Source: Neodothiora populina (Eukaryota). From it: 64,000 nt of DNA. The DNA lies in contig NW_027191411.1 of NCBI RefSeq assembly GCF_041146345.1, positions 1,302,001-1,366,000 on the forward strand, written 5' to 3'. Positions 39,201 to 52,198 of this stretch are shown in pieces. Every line of letters starts with the position of its first letter. Within the stretch, counting starts at the first letter, position 1. The position numbers were made by a program, and so were the translations under genes. The notes under the pieces are model-generated. The model was not told the DNA's origin. It made no database searches and worked only from the letters and a program-made list of their open reading frames with translations.

Positions 39201-41224
39201 ACGTCGGCGGGAGAGACGCAGATGGTGACAGAGAGCAGCGGGAATGCCGGCATCCAGTGCTTAGGCTTTACAAGCAATTGGCTTAGCTTCATCCTAAGAG
39301 TGTCCAGAACATGCTTCCACTTAGGTACGTTGAGTTCACAAGTCGCTCGCCCAGCAAGTGGAAGGAGTAGGTCCTCGAAGAGCTGACAATACGCATACTT
39401 GACGGGCTTGCCATGCACTTCTGCGAAGAAGCCTGCCAGCTGCTGCAGGAGGTTGCAAGATCTCTCCCAGGCATCCGCCGGGCTTGACTGCACCCTCAAC
39501 CAACGCATACTGTGGATCAGAAGGGCAGTCTTGTTTTCAAGATGGGCCTCGGTATGGCCCTTCACACATAGCTTTCGCTGTGCGTTTTCGAGGTCTGAGG
39601 TGAACCGGTCCACAACCTTCTGAAAGCGCAAGCTGCTCATGGCACCGAGAAGCTGACTGAACATGTTCCATTGAGCTTGTTTGATGGCAGAATTTGTGAT
39701 GTGATTGGGATCGAAACCCCGCAGCTGCGTGTATATGACATCTTCGAGTCTTTGCGCAATATCGTTGGTCAGGGCGTCTAAAGTGCACTGGCTTATAGCC
39801 TCCATCAAGACCCGGCACAGAATATAGACTGAAATCGCAGAACGTCTTTCACCCTGCTTGATCTCTTGCTCCAGCCGCGCAAGTACACTAGCATCCGGAT
39901 GTATCGCCAAAGAGGCGGAACTGTTGTTTGTGCTGCTATGTGATAGATCGAGGCGTCGTGCGGTGCCGGAATGCGCAAACACGGATGATTTGACAGCTTC
40001 GTATTGCGTATAGAGGGGGGTAGTTTCCTCGCTCTTGGAACGTCTCCAGATCATGACAGCATCTATCAGAGGTTTTGGTCGGAAGCGCACAATATGGCCC
40101 AGAGCCTTGATCAGTTGATCAAAGCCAACGTCGGCACCGGGACCACAAATTGCCTCAATTCTTATCAGCGCATCATCGGGTTCAGACACGCAGCGGCTGA
40201 TCATCTCGTTTGCCTCGGTGATGAATTCATTGAGGAGATGATGCAGGGCGTACTCCCCCACAGTGGTCGGTTCGGGTTGATGATGTTGTCTGGAGCGTGA
40301 ACGATGGTGATCACGGTCTCGTTTTATGCGACCGCTGTGCATCCGTTCCGGCCGGCGATGCACAGTCAAGGCGTCGGGTGTCAGGCCTGGACCTCCGGGT
40401 GGGTGGGTATTCAGTGTCGACGCAGAGGGGCTCTTTCTCAGGCTCATGGCGGGATGTTGCGGGGTTTGATTGTGAGGCGCGCCATCTCTTCCACCTGCAG
40501 CAGCAAGAATCACTTGTGGACTCAGCGGACTGGTATTGACGGAGGAAACAAGACTGGGATTGCGCGAGTGCTGGTAGCCATGGACAATAGAAGTCTGGCG
40601 GTGATGACCATAAGAAACAGAAGGCTTTCTTTCCGGGCCTTCAAAGCTCTGCTTCTGTCGAGTCTGGGCAGCAGGCGTGTGGGTTCGCGAGGAGGGAGCG
40701 CGAGAAGAGTTACTGTGCGCCCTGCCTCGGCTGACTAGTGGAGGAGTCGTGTCGGAAGGGATGGTAGGGAGTGGCGAAGGTGCCTGAGCGGCAACAAAAT
40801 GGGGGTCCGCAGGTTGTGGTTGTGCATGGGGATGCGAGTGTGGATTATGATGATGCTGATGAGGAGCAGAGGTTGGACCAGGATGAGCGGCGAGCGATGG
40901 GTTATTCGATGGGGATGTGGCGAGGTTGGTCCGGCCATCCGTCGCATTATAAGAGTCTGGAGCGCATAAGTTTGCATGTGGGAGAGGAGAGGCAAGAGAA
41001 ACGAATGGAATATTATTGGATCGCCTTCTCCATGATTTTGGCCAGACAGTTCTTGACGAGTCCGGAGGAAGCAACAGGGTGGAGACTTGAGGCAGGCACA
41101 CGACCAGAATGGCAGATATGGGAAGGCACCCCTCCAAGTAGCAATTAAGCCGGGGATGGAAATGAAGACGAGGATAGGTATGAAAAGATGACCAGCAAGG
41201 AAACTAGAATTACAACTTACTCAT
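33230..41224 (-). CDS. TAO3: RAM/MOR network scaffold Tao3/Pag1/Mor2 (Furry homolog)
   Basis: About 2575 aa and HEAT/ARM-like. Motifs GEYALHHL..F, CGPGAD..FDQLI.ALGHI, WAT.CPVRH.ACRSFQIFR, SLYGIPEESGWS. Predicted 4-nt first coding exon (ATGA 41224-41221), intron 41220-40957, then one ~7.7-kb exon. Confidence 0.92.
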
Positions 41225-41663
41225 CGCGCGTCAAAGGCGGAATGGCTGCACGCCATGGGCTCGACGAATCAGCAAATCAGCTCTACTAGGTAGACAGAGG
41301 CAGCAGCAGTCTTGGGACAGTATCAAGGAGTAAGTCTCAGGTGCGTGAACGCCTGTTACACTGTTGCACTGAATGCACACACAGTTGCGAGTTTGCACGA
41401 CATACTGCGCTGCCGTCGCCGAACGTACAAAGCTCTAGGTCTCAAAGCTTGGCCCCTCCAGGGTCCACCGTTGCTTTCCACTGCTGAATGGCTCCGGGTT
41501 TTGGTATAAGATATGTAGAGTATATACCTGGTAGATACGACATGTTATGTGGACAGACGACAATATGGTTCAAAAGTCCTGGTACGCAAAGTGGTCAGGG
41601 AGTCTATGTGAATACGTGTAAGCTGCTGTATGTACGTTATGCGTGCCCATATTGGTGTTTTAG

Positions 41664-41950
41664 GACATCATTGCCGTAGTCAAAGATCGGTCCACCACCG
41701 ACCATCACCACCGAACGCCGTCTCGAGCACCTTCCGCCGCCATCGGGGACACTAGCATTGAGAGTGCCGACCGAAGCGGGATCAGTGCGGGCCACTGCGG
41801 GATTCCTAACTTCGAGAAGCGGAAAGGCATCGGACTTTCCACTCCCCACGAAAACACAATGCGGGCGAGGCGGGGTCCAATAACGGTCGGAACCCTTCAC
41901 ATCTGCCCTTATTGAGGTGCCGGTCTGTACAAAGATCAGGTAATGAATGC
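41664..41950 (-). ncRNA. Candidate structured non-coding RNA, family unidentified
   Basis: GC-rich island with several stems that pair through G-U only on the minus strand, including a 13-bp stem (41847-41835/41826-41814) and long-range closing helices. No credible ORF. Confidence 0.45.
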
Positions 41951-43357
41951 AGCGGTGCAAGGTCTCCGCGAGCACTTGACACAGGCAGGCAAGCGCTCAA
42001 GACACTGATTTGCATAATGCTTCCGAGTTATTCAATGACGCCTGCTGCGCTAGGAGTACAAATAGATAATCTTAGCTCTATACTCCCACCCAACCTAGTC
42101 TACGCTCACTTTTGTTGTGCGAGATAATTACAGTAGCCGTTCAGAACGTCGCATGTGTACAGTTTCATGCAGGGCAGCCAAAGACTCGAAGCTTCGCCTG
42201 GTTCGTGCCCGTAGATCTGCGGGAAAACAACATCATACTAGGCAGCGGTAGTTAATGCGGCAGCTACGGTGTGTTCCATAAACATCGTATACGAGACATC
42301 AGTCATGAAAGTGACATTGGTGACTAAACAGGTCATGCGTTACTGTGTTAGCCGTTCGATGACACCGTCAATCTCGCGCGTGAAAGATTTGTGTAATCAG
42401 GTATCGATCGAGAACCCCACGGCAGCGATGGGACAGTACTGGACTCAGTGAGGCAGACATTCGTGAGACTTTTGCCCAGAACTACACTTTCTCGGTGGTA
42501 CTTCTCTACACCGTAAGTACATGGTTCGAGAGCGGAAGTGAGCTGCGGCTCTATACCGCACTCCTTCGGACCGGCCGAGTGCAGAGTCGAACGTTGGCGG
42601 TCATGGGTTGAGGGATGCACAAGGTAAGGTATATAGTATTATGCTATATCTCTTCGTAAGGGCCGTGAAGTTGGTTGGCACTGCACAAGTACGAATAGGT
42701 ATCTAATAGCGAGTACCATACCTTACCTTACCGTTGACTCGTAGCCGTCATACAACCCTAACATTTGCCGCAAGCAATCGACCTCCGAGGCTCCCCAGTG
42801 TCCAAGACCTTGCGGCAAACAACATTTCTTGAATTGTACATATATCGTCGAGTCCGCTTAATTGTGTAAGCTGAACATCCATCGTATCGCTCTGCAGTTC
42901 CAAATCAGCCACCATTCCCAGCGTCAATACTGGGTTCGACCATCAATAACCTTACAATATACAACGAACACAGCACTCAAGAAGGCTCCGACTCAACCTC
43001 CGCAGGCCTGATCCGGTAGTCGACTCCCCCGTGCACGGCCATTCCGGCGTCGCGATCAGATTCCCGTCCCCCACTTCCTTGCATTTCCTATCAGACGATA
43101 TTGCTCCAGACATCGGACGTGGCTTCATCTATTTACCTCTGCCACTTAGAGCTGTCCAACTTCCCATCCTCTTCTCCTCTACCTCTGTCTTTCCGTTCCG
43201 TTGTATCTCATCCTTTCTCTCTCCTACCTCGTCCTTCTACTCGCCCGAGTCTCTGTGGTTCATTGCATAAAAGACGCGTGTCAGCTGCAGTCGAGGGAGA
43301 GAAATAACTTGATCATACGAGTCTCATCCTTCGATCTGCTCAGAGCAACTTGCATCT

Positions 43358-45509
43358 ATGGCCCAACTCGACACTCTGGACATTGTTGTCCTCGCCGCTC
43401 TGTTGATTGGCACTCTCGCATATTTTACAAAGGGCACTTATTGGTCAGTCCCCAAAGACCCATATGCCGCCTCTCTTGCCAACGGCGGAGGCGCAAAGGC
43501 AGCCAAGTCTCGAAACATCATTGAAAAGTTGGATGAGGCGGGCAAGAATTGCGTGGTCTTTTATGGCTCTCAGACCGGTACCGCAGAGGACTACGCCTCG
43601 AGACTGGCCAAGGAGGCCTCGTCTCGATTTGGACTCAAGGCCATGACCGCTGATCTCGAGGAGTACGACCTCGACAACCTTGACACTCTTGCCGGAGACA
43701 AGGTGGCCATGTTTGTGCTCGCAACTTATGGTGAGGGCGAGCCGACCGATAACGCTGTCGAGTTCTACGAATTTATCAGCAACGAGGATCTGAGTTTCAG
43801 CTCTGGCGCTAGTGCCGCCGAGAAGCCTCTTTCGAACCTCAAGTTCGTCGCCTTTGGTCTGGGAAACAACACTTATGAGCACTACAACTCGATGGTCCGC
43901 AACGTCACCAAGTTCCTCGAAAGACTAGGCGCCCAGAGAATTGGCGCCGCTGGTGAGGGTGATGATGGCGCAGGCACTATGGAAGAGGACTTTCTCGCGT
44001 GGAAGGAACCCATGTGGACCGCACTAGCTGATGCCATGGGTCTCGAGGAACGCGAAGCTGTCTACGAGCCCGTATTGGAAGTGACAGAGAAGCCTGAACT
44101 TTCTCCTGAATCTGACGAGGTCTACCTTGGAGAGCCCAACAAGAACCACCTTGAAGGCAGCCAAAAAGGGCCTTACAACTCCCATAACCCTTACATTGCA
44201 CCCATCGTTGAGTCTAAGGAGCTCTTTAGTGTCCACGACAGGAACTGCCTGCACATGGACATTGATGTGAGCGGATCGAACCTTTCGTACACCACCGGTG
44301 ATCACATTGCCATCTGGCCTACCAATGCCGGTAAAGAAGTCGACCGCTTCCTGGGAGTTTTGGGTCTGACCGAAAAGCGTCACACTGTCATTTCCGTCAA
44401 GGGACTCGATGCCACCGCCAAAGTTCCCTTTCCATCCCCTACGACTTACGACGCAGCTGTCCGATACCACATGGAGATTTGCGCCCCGGTATCCAGGCAA
44501 TTCGTTTCCACTTTGTCCGCTTTCTCACCAAACGATGAGATCAAGGCTGAGATGACCAAGATCGGTAACGACAAGGATTACTTCCACGAGCAGGTAGCCA
44601 ATCGCAATTACAATATCGGCCAATTGCTCCACTTCTTGTCCAAGGGCGAAAAGTGGTCCAAAATCCCTTTCTCGGTTATGATTGAAGGCCTTCACAAGAT
44701 CCAACCTCGCTATTACTCCATCTCGTCATCATCTCTTGTCCAGAAGAACAAAATCTCGATAACTGCTGTTGTCGAGTCTATCGAAGTCCCGAATGCGCCT
44801 CATATTGTCAAGGGTGTTACGACCAACTACCTTCTCGCGTTGAAGCAGAAGCAGCACGGAGACCCGCATCCCGATCCTCACGGCCTTGATTATGCCATCA
44901 CCGGCCCGAGAAACAAATACGATGGATTCCACGTCCCAGTTCACGTCCGCCACTCGAACTTCAGGCTCCCCTCTGATCCTTCCAAGCCCATTATCATGAT
45001 CGGACCTGGAACCGGTGTCGCTCCTTTCCGGGGTTTCGTGCAGGAACGCGCACAGCAAGCAAGAGATGGAGAGGTTGTCGGCAAGACATTGCTGTTCTTC
45101 GGCTGCAGAAAGAAGAGCGAGGATTACATTTACGAGAACGAGTGGGAGGTATGTGCAACAAAAACAACAACATTGTCCGTTCGTCTGCTAACATGGATAT
45201 TCTTTTTCACAGCAATACAAGCAGGACATGGGCGACAGCTTCGAGATGGTGACAGCTTTCTCCCGTGATGGACCCAAAAAGGTTTACGTGCAGCACCTTC
45301 TGAGGGAACGCGCTGCCGAAGTCGACGAGCTCCTCCGCCAGAAGGCATACTTCTATGTTTGCGGCGACGCTGCCAACATGGCGCGAGAGGTCAACACCGC
45401 CCTTGTCCAGATCATCGCCGAGCAGCGCGGTATTCCGGAAGCCAAGGCAGAAGAGATTGTCAAGGCGATGCGCACCGGAAACACATACCAGGAGGATGTC
45501 TGGTCTTAA
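43358..45509 (+). CDS. cprA: NADPH-cytochrome P450 reductase
   Basis: N-terminal TM anchor; FMN motifs YGSQTGTAE and ATYGEGEPTDNA; FAD motif PRYYSISSS; NADPH motif GPGTGVAPFRGF. Intron 45149-45212; ends YQEDVWS. Confidence 0.97.
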
Positions 45510-47858
45510 TGATTTCGTTCCGAGCCTTCGGGACCACCCAAGAGATACGAGGTTCCTATAGCATGTTGATACTCCATGTTTCTTGTCTTATGTGCAGCAT
45601 TTGGAAGGTCGAGCAGTAGGCGTTCTTGTAGGGACATATGTAGACAAACTTGCTTGATGTTAAAAAGATGAGCAAACAGACTCCATTTCTTGCAGCGAAC
45701 CTTGATCTCACCTGCTTCTCAACGGTTTGGGCCCAATGTGATCAGTTCATTTAGACCGGCATGGCAGGTGGCTGACACTATGAAGTGTCTTCCCCGGTGC
45801 CACAAACTCCCGATGACCTGGTTTACGCATGATTTCTGAGGCGATTGTCATTTTGTTTTCTTGGAGCATCTAGCACATCGCAATATGTTCTACACAAAGT
45901 ACATATGCTAGCGGTAGATGATCAGATTTCTGCCGGCCCTTGTCGACCGATGCAAGGTGTGACGGTGTGACGTGCATTTCCCAATCCGACCATGTCGACC
46001 ATACCCTCCACGCTCTCCCGCCGCAAACATGTCCGAACAAGTTTGCCTGCACGCTTCATCCTCGCATTCGGTATCTGTGCGCCGCAATGGAAAGACCATG
46101 AACGGTTAATGGCGGGTCGATGACAGGGTGTGACAGTACACGCAGCTTCAACCAGATGCGCCTAGCTTTCCGGATCTCCACATACTCACAGTGCAGGTCG
46201 AACTATCTTCAGTCAAGGCGAGTCTTCTGCTAGGTTGTGTCACTTTAATGTCCTTTGCTGCAGGGATCATGGGAGAAGACCAGTAGCCCTGCGTATCAGT
46301 AAGCGCTTTTACCTCTCGACCCCAACTTTCCAGGCAATGCAAGCCGAGTTTTCGATTCACATGGAGCACGACATGGTCAACATATCGTAGTCCCATCCTA
46401 CCTTTCTCGATGACTGCTTCTGGGTCAGATGCAGATATCCGGACAAGAGACATCATGCTCGATGTCCTTATTGCACTGAACTGGGCGCGGGTACAACGTG
46501 AGAGGCTCACGTTACAAGTGTCGTCTCAAGACATCGGGCTCATACGCCGCATGAACAATCCTGCGATGCATCTGTGCGTAACGTGGGTATTAAGTCAGTC
46601 TTGTGACATTGATGAAATCCAAAGGCCTCCAAGACATAAATTCGTAAGGCCAGGCTCGGGTGCTCGAGCGCAAAAATCCAAAGAGGAGAACAATGTTAGG
46701 TAAGGAACCTTAGCAAATCAGATGTGCACCTTGTCAACAACGTTAAGCATGAAGAACATACGGCCACTCGCCTTACCCTACCTACTTACCTGATCACTAC
46801 CGAGTGGGACGTGCTCTCACCAGGCCGAATGCAGGTAACTATGGGCGTGTAGCAGCGATGGTTCGCAGAGAACAGAGATCCTGCCCCCTCTGGGGCGGCT
46901 TGCATATCCAAAACAACGCTCGTTCCCTGCCACTGGCATCCTTGATGGATCCCATGGCTCGAATAAAAGGGTCCTATCTTCTCTGCTTCACTCGAGCAAT
47001 GAATCTCAGCTCACACTTAATCTCATCATAGCGCAGCATCGTTATCGTACCCTCAGTCTACCATCGGGGGGTACACTTATTTACAGGGAGATACCGTGAA
47101 GACCAAGGTGTGCAACAGTATAGCCACCTCCGTATCGTACTTTCTACCTGACCATAAACATGTATGTCATCTTTTATATGCTCTTTCCATCACAGTCACA
47201 ACGCCAAGCCATAGCTGGATGCCACCTCACCTTGCGGACAGTCTACCTTATGCTTCACCATCTCTGAAATTCGCGGCATCATGTAGCGATGGCAAGAGCG
47301 ACCACGGACTTATGCTCCGAACAAGCACCTATATTATGTTGTTGTTAGAGTCTACACCAAATCTTCTCCTCTCCTCTCACAACAGTCATCTTCTTCTTCA
47401 CCCGTCTTCTTCATCTCTTGCATTCTGTCCGATCAGTCACACATTGATAGCATAGTTTCTGTGCTAATCAACCTCTTCGCCTGGTAGATACAATTCTGTA
47501 TACCCCTTGTTATCAACAGTCGGCATCGAAGACCTTTTCATCTTACACATCTTCGACCACACTCAAATCATTGCTGTGCTCCAAGGTCATCAAGGTGAGA
47601 GGTGATTTCGGTATCCCGAGAAACTTGTGTGACAGCGCTGATGTGGTATGAGGCCAGACGAACAGTAACTTTTTGGCCCAGCATACACATCTGGATCTTG
47701 TAATCATACAAATTGTAAGCATTCTCACCTGTACCTGATCGGGACACCACCTTGTCTGCCACTGGCTCTGCACCTTTCCCTCCCCTTCGTATCTTGATGA
47801 CCTTTCCTCCAGTCATGTCTTGGTATCCCATCTGTACTGACATCAGTATCTGAACAGA

Positions 47859-49798
47859 ATGCTCGGAATGGCTGAACACCAAGGTCAACGGGGAAACTCC
47901 CACGGCAAGCATGATCAGAGCTTTCTGCACCGCACTGGCAACTACGGTCATCCCATGACGCGCGGAAACTATGGACAAGTCTATGGTATGCATCACAGCC
48001 AAGCTGCCGCAAACATGCTCGCCCAAGGCATCCAGGGCATGTCGATGCAAGACGGAGGCTACCCACAGGGCAAAGGTCCTCTGTTGACCACCTCAGGACC
48101 TCACTACGCCGGTCTTGCCATCAATGCCGGTTTTCCCGCAGCGCTTTGGGGCGCTAACAGTCACCTCATGTACCCCGGTGGTCAAGCCTATCCCAATAGC
48201 TCCCACCAGCATTCTCCCGGTCTCTATACCCCTGTCTCATCGCAATACCTTCAGCATGGTTACGGACAGCCTCACGACAACAGCCCCATCTCGCAGACTT
48301 GGACCCCGAGCCACACCACTGGCGAAGTCCCTACGCTCATCACACCGAGACGTGATTCTGTTTCTTCGAACGAGAACGATGCTCCTGGCACACCGTCATA
48401 CTCCACCTACCCTTACCAGGCCGGTGTCACCATCATCAACCGTTCGCCCAATGGCATCTATACTCACAGCACCCCTTCGCCTTCTCAGGTCATGTCACAG
48501 TACGGTATGCCTTCAATCAAGACACCTGAGGCACGAAGCATCTCCACCGAGCTCCATGCTCTCGTCAGCAAGGAACCGTCCATCCCCCCTGCAATTCCTG
48601 CTCCTAGCTCGCCCCTGAAGCCGCTCGATCGCGCTCTGGAGAATCTCAGGGGAGAAACCAACGTCTACATCAGAGGTCTTCATCCAGACACTACAGATGA
48701 TATGCTTGAGACTTGGGGCCGCCGCTTCGGCGACATCAGGAGCTCCAAATCTATCATCGATCATGCTACGGGATTATGCAAAGGGTGGGTCGATCCGTGC
48801 TTGATCGGCGTCATGGTAACCTGCTGACAAAATATAGATTCGGATTCGTCAAGTACCACAACTACGAGGACGCAGGGAATTGCATTCGCGGTTTCCACTA
48901 TCTTGGCTACGAAGTTAGCTTCGCGCGCGTAGGTGGACCCGCTATTTATTTCTCTGGACTGTCGTTGACATGGACTAGGAATCATTCTACTCGAAGCTCA
49001 AGACGTTTGCCGATGATGACAACACCAATCTCTATGTCTCTAACTTGCCAAAGGCTATGAACGAACATGTATGTCGTGTGATTTTGATGCTTTCGCCGCA
49101 CACATTGTTAACAGCTTCAAGGAACTCGCATCCCTCTTTGCCCCTCACAAGGTTTGTTCCGCCAGGATACTTCGCGACAAGAATGGTGTGGGACGTGGAG
49201 TCGGCTTTGCCAGGTATGCTCGTCGATGCTTGTCCATCTTGTGACGCTACGCTCCAAGCTGACTTCACTGACAGGTTTGAGGACCGTAAGACATGCACTG
49301 CCGTCGTTACGGAGTTCAACAACAAGGCTGTCAAGGTCGGAGGCGACGAATACATTATCAACATCCGTTACGCAGACTCCCCTGAGCAAAAGACACTCAA
49401 ACAGCAGGTCTCTTCCGCGAGAGCTTTTCGATCTCAAGGTGAGACCTTGACCTGCTGACGATTCCGTTCGTGGTCTGGCTGACATATGTACGGTAGAATA
49501 CATGGCTGCGACACAGCAGCTGTCATCGCTCAATGAGTTTGAGGCTGCACTCTCTCCCCAGAGGTACGTCTGAACACTCCAAAATAGCCTTCTTTCCAAC
49601 TTCTGACTCGAGCAATGCACAAGCAGTAATCCATCAGCTACTCGCAGCTGGTCCCACTCCGCTATGCGCCCGCCTTTGGCACCACTGCCACTCAATAACA
49701 ACATTCAATCACCTACCAGCAAGGTCCAGGCTGGAGCGATGAGCGACTCCAAGCCCTGCATCGCAAGATCTCCCGATTCACCAACTAGCTCTGAATGA
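47859..49798 (+). CDS. Two-RRM RNA-binding protein, RBMS/MSSP family (S. pombe Spo5-like)
   Basis: Low-complexity N-terminus. RRM1 TNVYIRGL..CKGFGFVKY..GYEVSFARESF; RRM2 TNLYVSNLP..RGVGFARF..IRYADS. About 6 introns; the 3' end is inferred. Confidence 0.82.
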
Positions 49799-50312
49799 GT
49801 TTGAGCCAGGACCATGGCAAGATCTGGATGGCCTCTTTTACAAAGTCGTTCCGTCCTATCTTGCACCCGGCTACATTTACTACGTCTTCTTTCGTCGCAT
49901 TTGTTATGCCAGCATTTCAAGACTTTATGATATGTATTACCAGCGAAGAGGGGTGCTTGTTCTTTCATTGTGTTTGTCGCGTGTCTTCAGCCCACTTGTT
50001 TTTTTTTTTTCGTCATGCAATAATGAGGCAGAATTTTCCATTGTCCGGCGTTAGTTTCTACCTTTCACATTGGCACGTCTAAGGAGCCGGCGTCTAAAAG
50101 AGCATGGCCTCGACAGTAATACATTAGTGTTTATGTATCCATCAGTGTCGCCAAGGGCTTCCTTGGGTGGGCTTGCTTTGTCTAACCCATAAGATCGTGC
50201 CATGAATGAATTATATGCGATAACTAATTTTAAGGTGCATGAGGCCAAGGCAGTATCTCGAAACATTTGGTACTGGTAGCTTGTACTTGAGACAGACTTG
50301 GTCCGCTTTGAC

Positions 50313-52198
50313 TTAAGCCTTTTTGAAAAAGGACATGATGTTACCTTGACCAGGTTTTCCGCTCTTCGTAGTCTTGGGTTTTGCAGCGACTGGTGGGGGA
50401 GCCGACACCTTCGCCCGCTTCGGCGCGTGCTCGTCTTCTGAGAAAGATTCCCAAGCAGCTTCTTCTTTGGTGACTGATACTCGTCAGTATCTTGTGGTCA
50501 ACAGTGCCTTGGGAGTTTCATGGGATGCACATACCTAGATAGCCTTCTTCGTCCTTGACCGTTTTTTTCTTCATGACTCTGCGGCGTCCTCGTCGTCGGT
50601 CATCCGAAACGACAAGTGTCTCCATCGGTTCCGGCTCATCCTCCGGCAGAGCCTGCGAGTTTTCCGTCGTTGGTGGACCCGAGTCAGCGGCAGGTGTTTC
50701 TGCGGCCGCCGGCGGCTCTGGCGGGTTCTCCATCTCCTCGTCTGCTCGTCGTGTCAGTCATGTCTGTATTGCATACTAAGCAGTGCCAGGGAAATGAAAA
50801 GGGAACATCGTTATTGACTCACCATCATCAGCCTCCATCATCTTTCGCAGCTCTTCCTCGCGGTCTTTCTTCGACTTGCCCGCCGCAACAATGGGAGCAG
50901 CATCGAGCGCGCCCTCGTCGAACTGGGATGGCTCGTCGTCATCTCCGTCTGCGGCCTCCTCGTCTGATAGAGGAGTCTCTTCTGCTGCTGCGGACGTGCT
51001 GACCTCGGAGGACGGGTTGGCGGCCGATTCTTCTTTTTTCGGCTGCTTGGGCTTGGCTTTTGCGAATGACTTGAATAGCGAGGATGATTCGCGTTTGATC
51101 TGAGGGGCCGATTTGGCAGCTGCGCCACCGCTCTTTGCAGTGGTGGTGGAGGCGGAAGTCTTGGATTCGGGCTCCGGGGTCGTCTTTGCGGAGGCTGCTG
51201 CTTCGGATGGTGTGGCTGATTTGGTGGCTGACTGGGTGGATTTTGGGGTGTCTTTTGCGGCCACCTGCTTCGGTGCGGCTTTGGAGGGTGCAGCGGCGAT
51301 GGGGGGCATTGGCCTTTTGGTAGTCCTTCGCTGAGGAGGGGGTTAGTCTGATGGTTGTGGCTATGGGCAATAAAGCAATGCTGTCATACCTTGACGTGCT
51401 GGTTCTGGATCACACCGTACTGCTTCCAGACTTCTAGAGGGTCCTCGCTCGCGAATGCCACGGCGGTGTTCCGATTACATTCGGTCAAAACCTCGAGATC
51501 CTTGGCATCATTGTCAGCTGGTTTGCTATCGAGATGTATCGGTACCTCGAACGTCATACTTTGATGGTGCCTGGTTCCAAGCTGTAGACGTGGACGGTTG
51601 ACAATTCATCAAACGATGATTTCGCGGCTAACAAAAGTTAGAAAACTGCCAATCGTGAGCGTCGACTTATCGCCTACCCTGAAGCTGTTCCTCCTTGGCC
51701 AGCAGCACGAGCTTGATCCACGGATCGTCTTTCTGTTCATCTTGGATGGCAGGAGCAGAGCTCGCCGGCAGAGGACTACTCGGCGACGGGTCGTCAATGC
51801 TCATCTGACTATCTCCTCCTTCCGACTTGATCGCTCCATTGACTTGGGACGACGACAGCGCATGAGCTCGCTTTCTCCCCGTCAGGAGGTAAGTGGCATG
51901 GAGACAGCCGGGGTTCTTCTGCGTCTGGGTCCGGTGGAATTGATATAGTAACCTTGGCCAGCTGGTGAGCAATGGGGATATCCGACCATATGTTTTTTGT
52001 TCTTTGGTTCGAGCTTACTGCTTCGCTAGATTGCTGTGGACTTTGAGAGCGCGGCTTAGGGAGCGATATGTCACCTGGAATATAGTCAGTCTATAGCTCT
52101 CTTGATACCTGTATATGGAATGTCATGAGAGCAAGTCAACTCACAGTTAGACCCTCGTTGAAAACATTGATGGCCAGGTATTCGTTATGGTCACCCAT
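50313..52198 (-). CDS. cdc27: DNA polymerase delta subunit 3 (Pol32/Cdc27)
   Basis: Starts MGDHNEYLAINV; LHATYLLTG; RRGRRRVMKKKTVKDEEGYLVTKEE..WESFSEDE; terminal PIP box QGNIMSFFKKA. Multiple introns. Confidence 0.9.

Noticed and set aside
41831..41840. GGAAAGTCCG (minus strand) resembling RNase P/MRP CR-I
   Set aside because: It is sequestered in a local hairpin, and no complementary CR-V/P4 partner was found downstream.
42754..42762. AACCCTAAC, a 1.5x telomere-repeat template-like sequence suggesting telomerase RNA
   Set aside because: A 9-nt permutation is expected a few times by chance in 64 kb. Only ~600 nt separate it from the cprA ATG, too little for a typical Pezizomycotina telomerase RNA, and no pseudoknot was recognised.
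46793..46803. TACTTACCTG resembling the U1 snRNA 5' end
   Set aside because: No U1-70K loop (GATCANGAAG), U1A loop (ATTGCAC) or Sm site follows.
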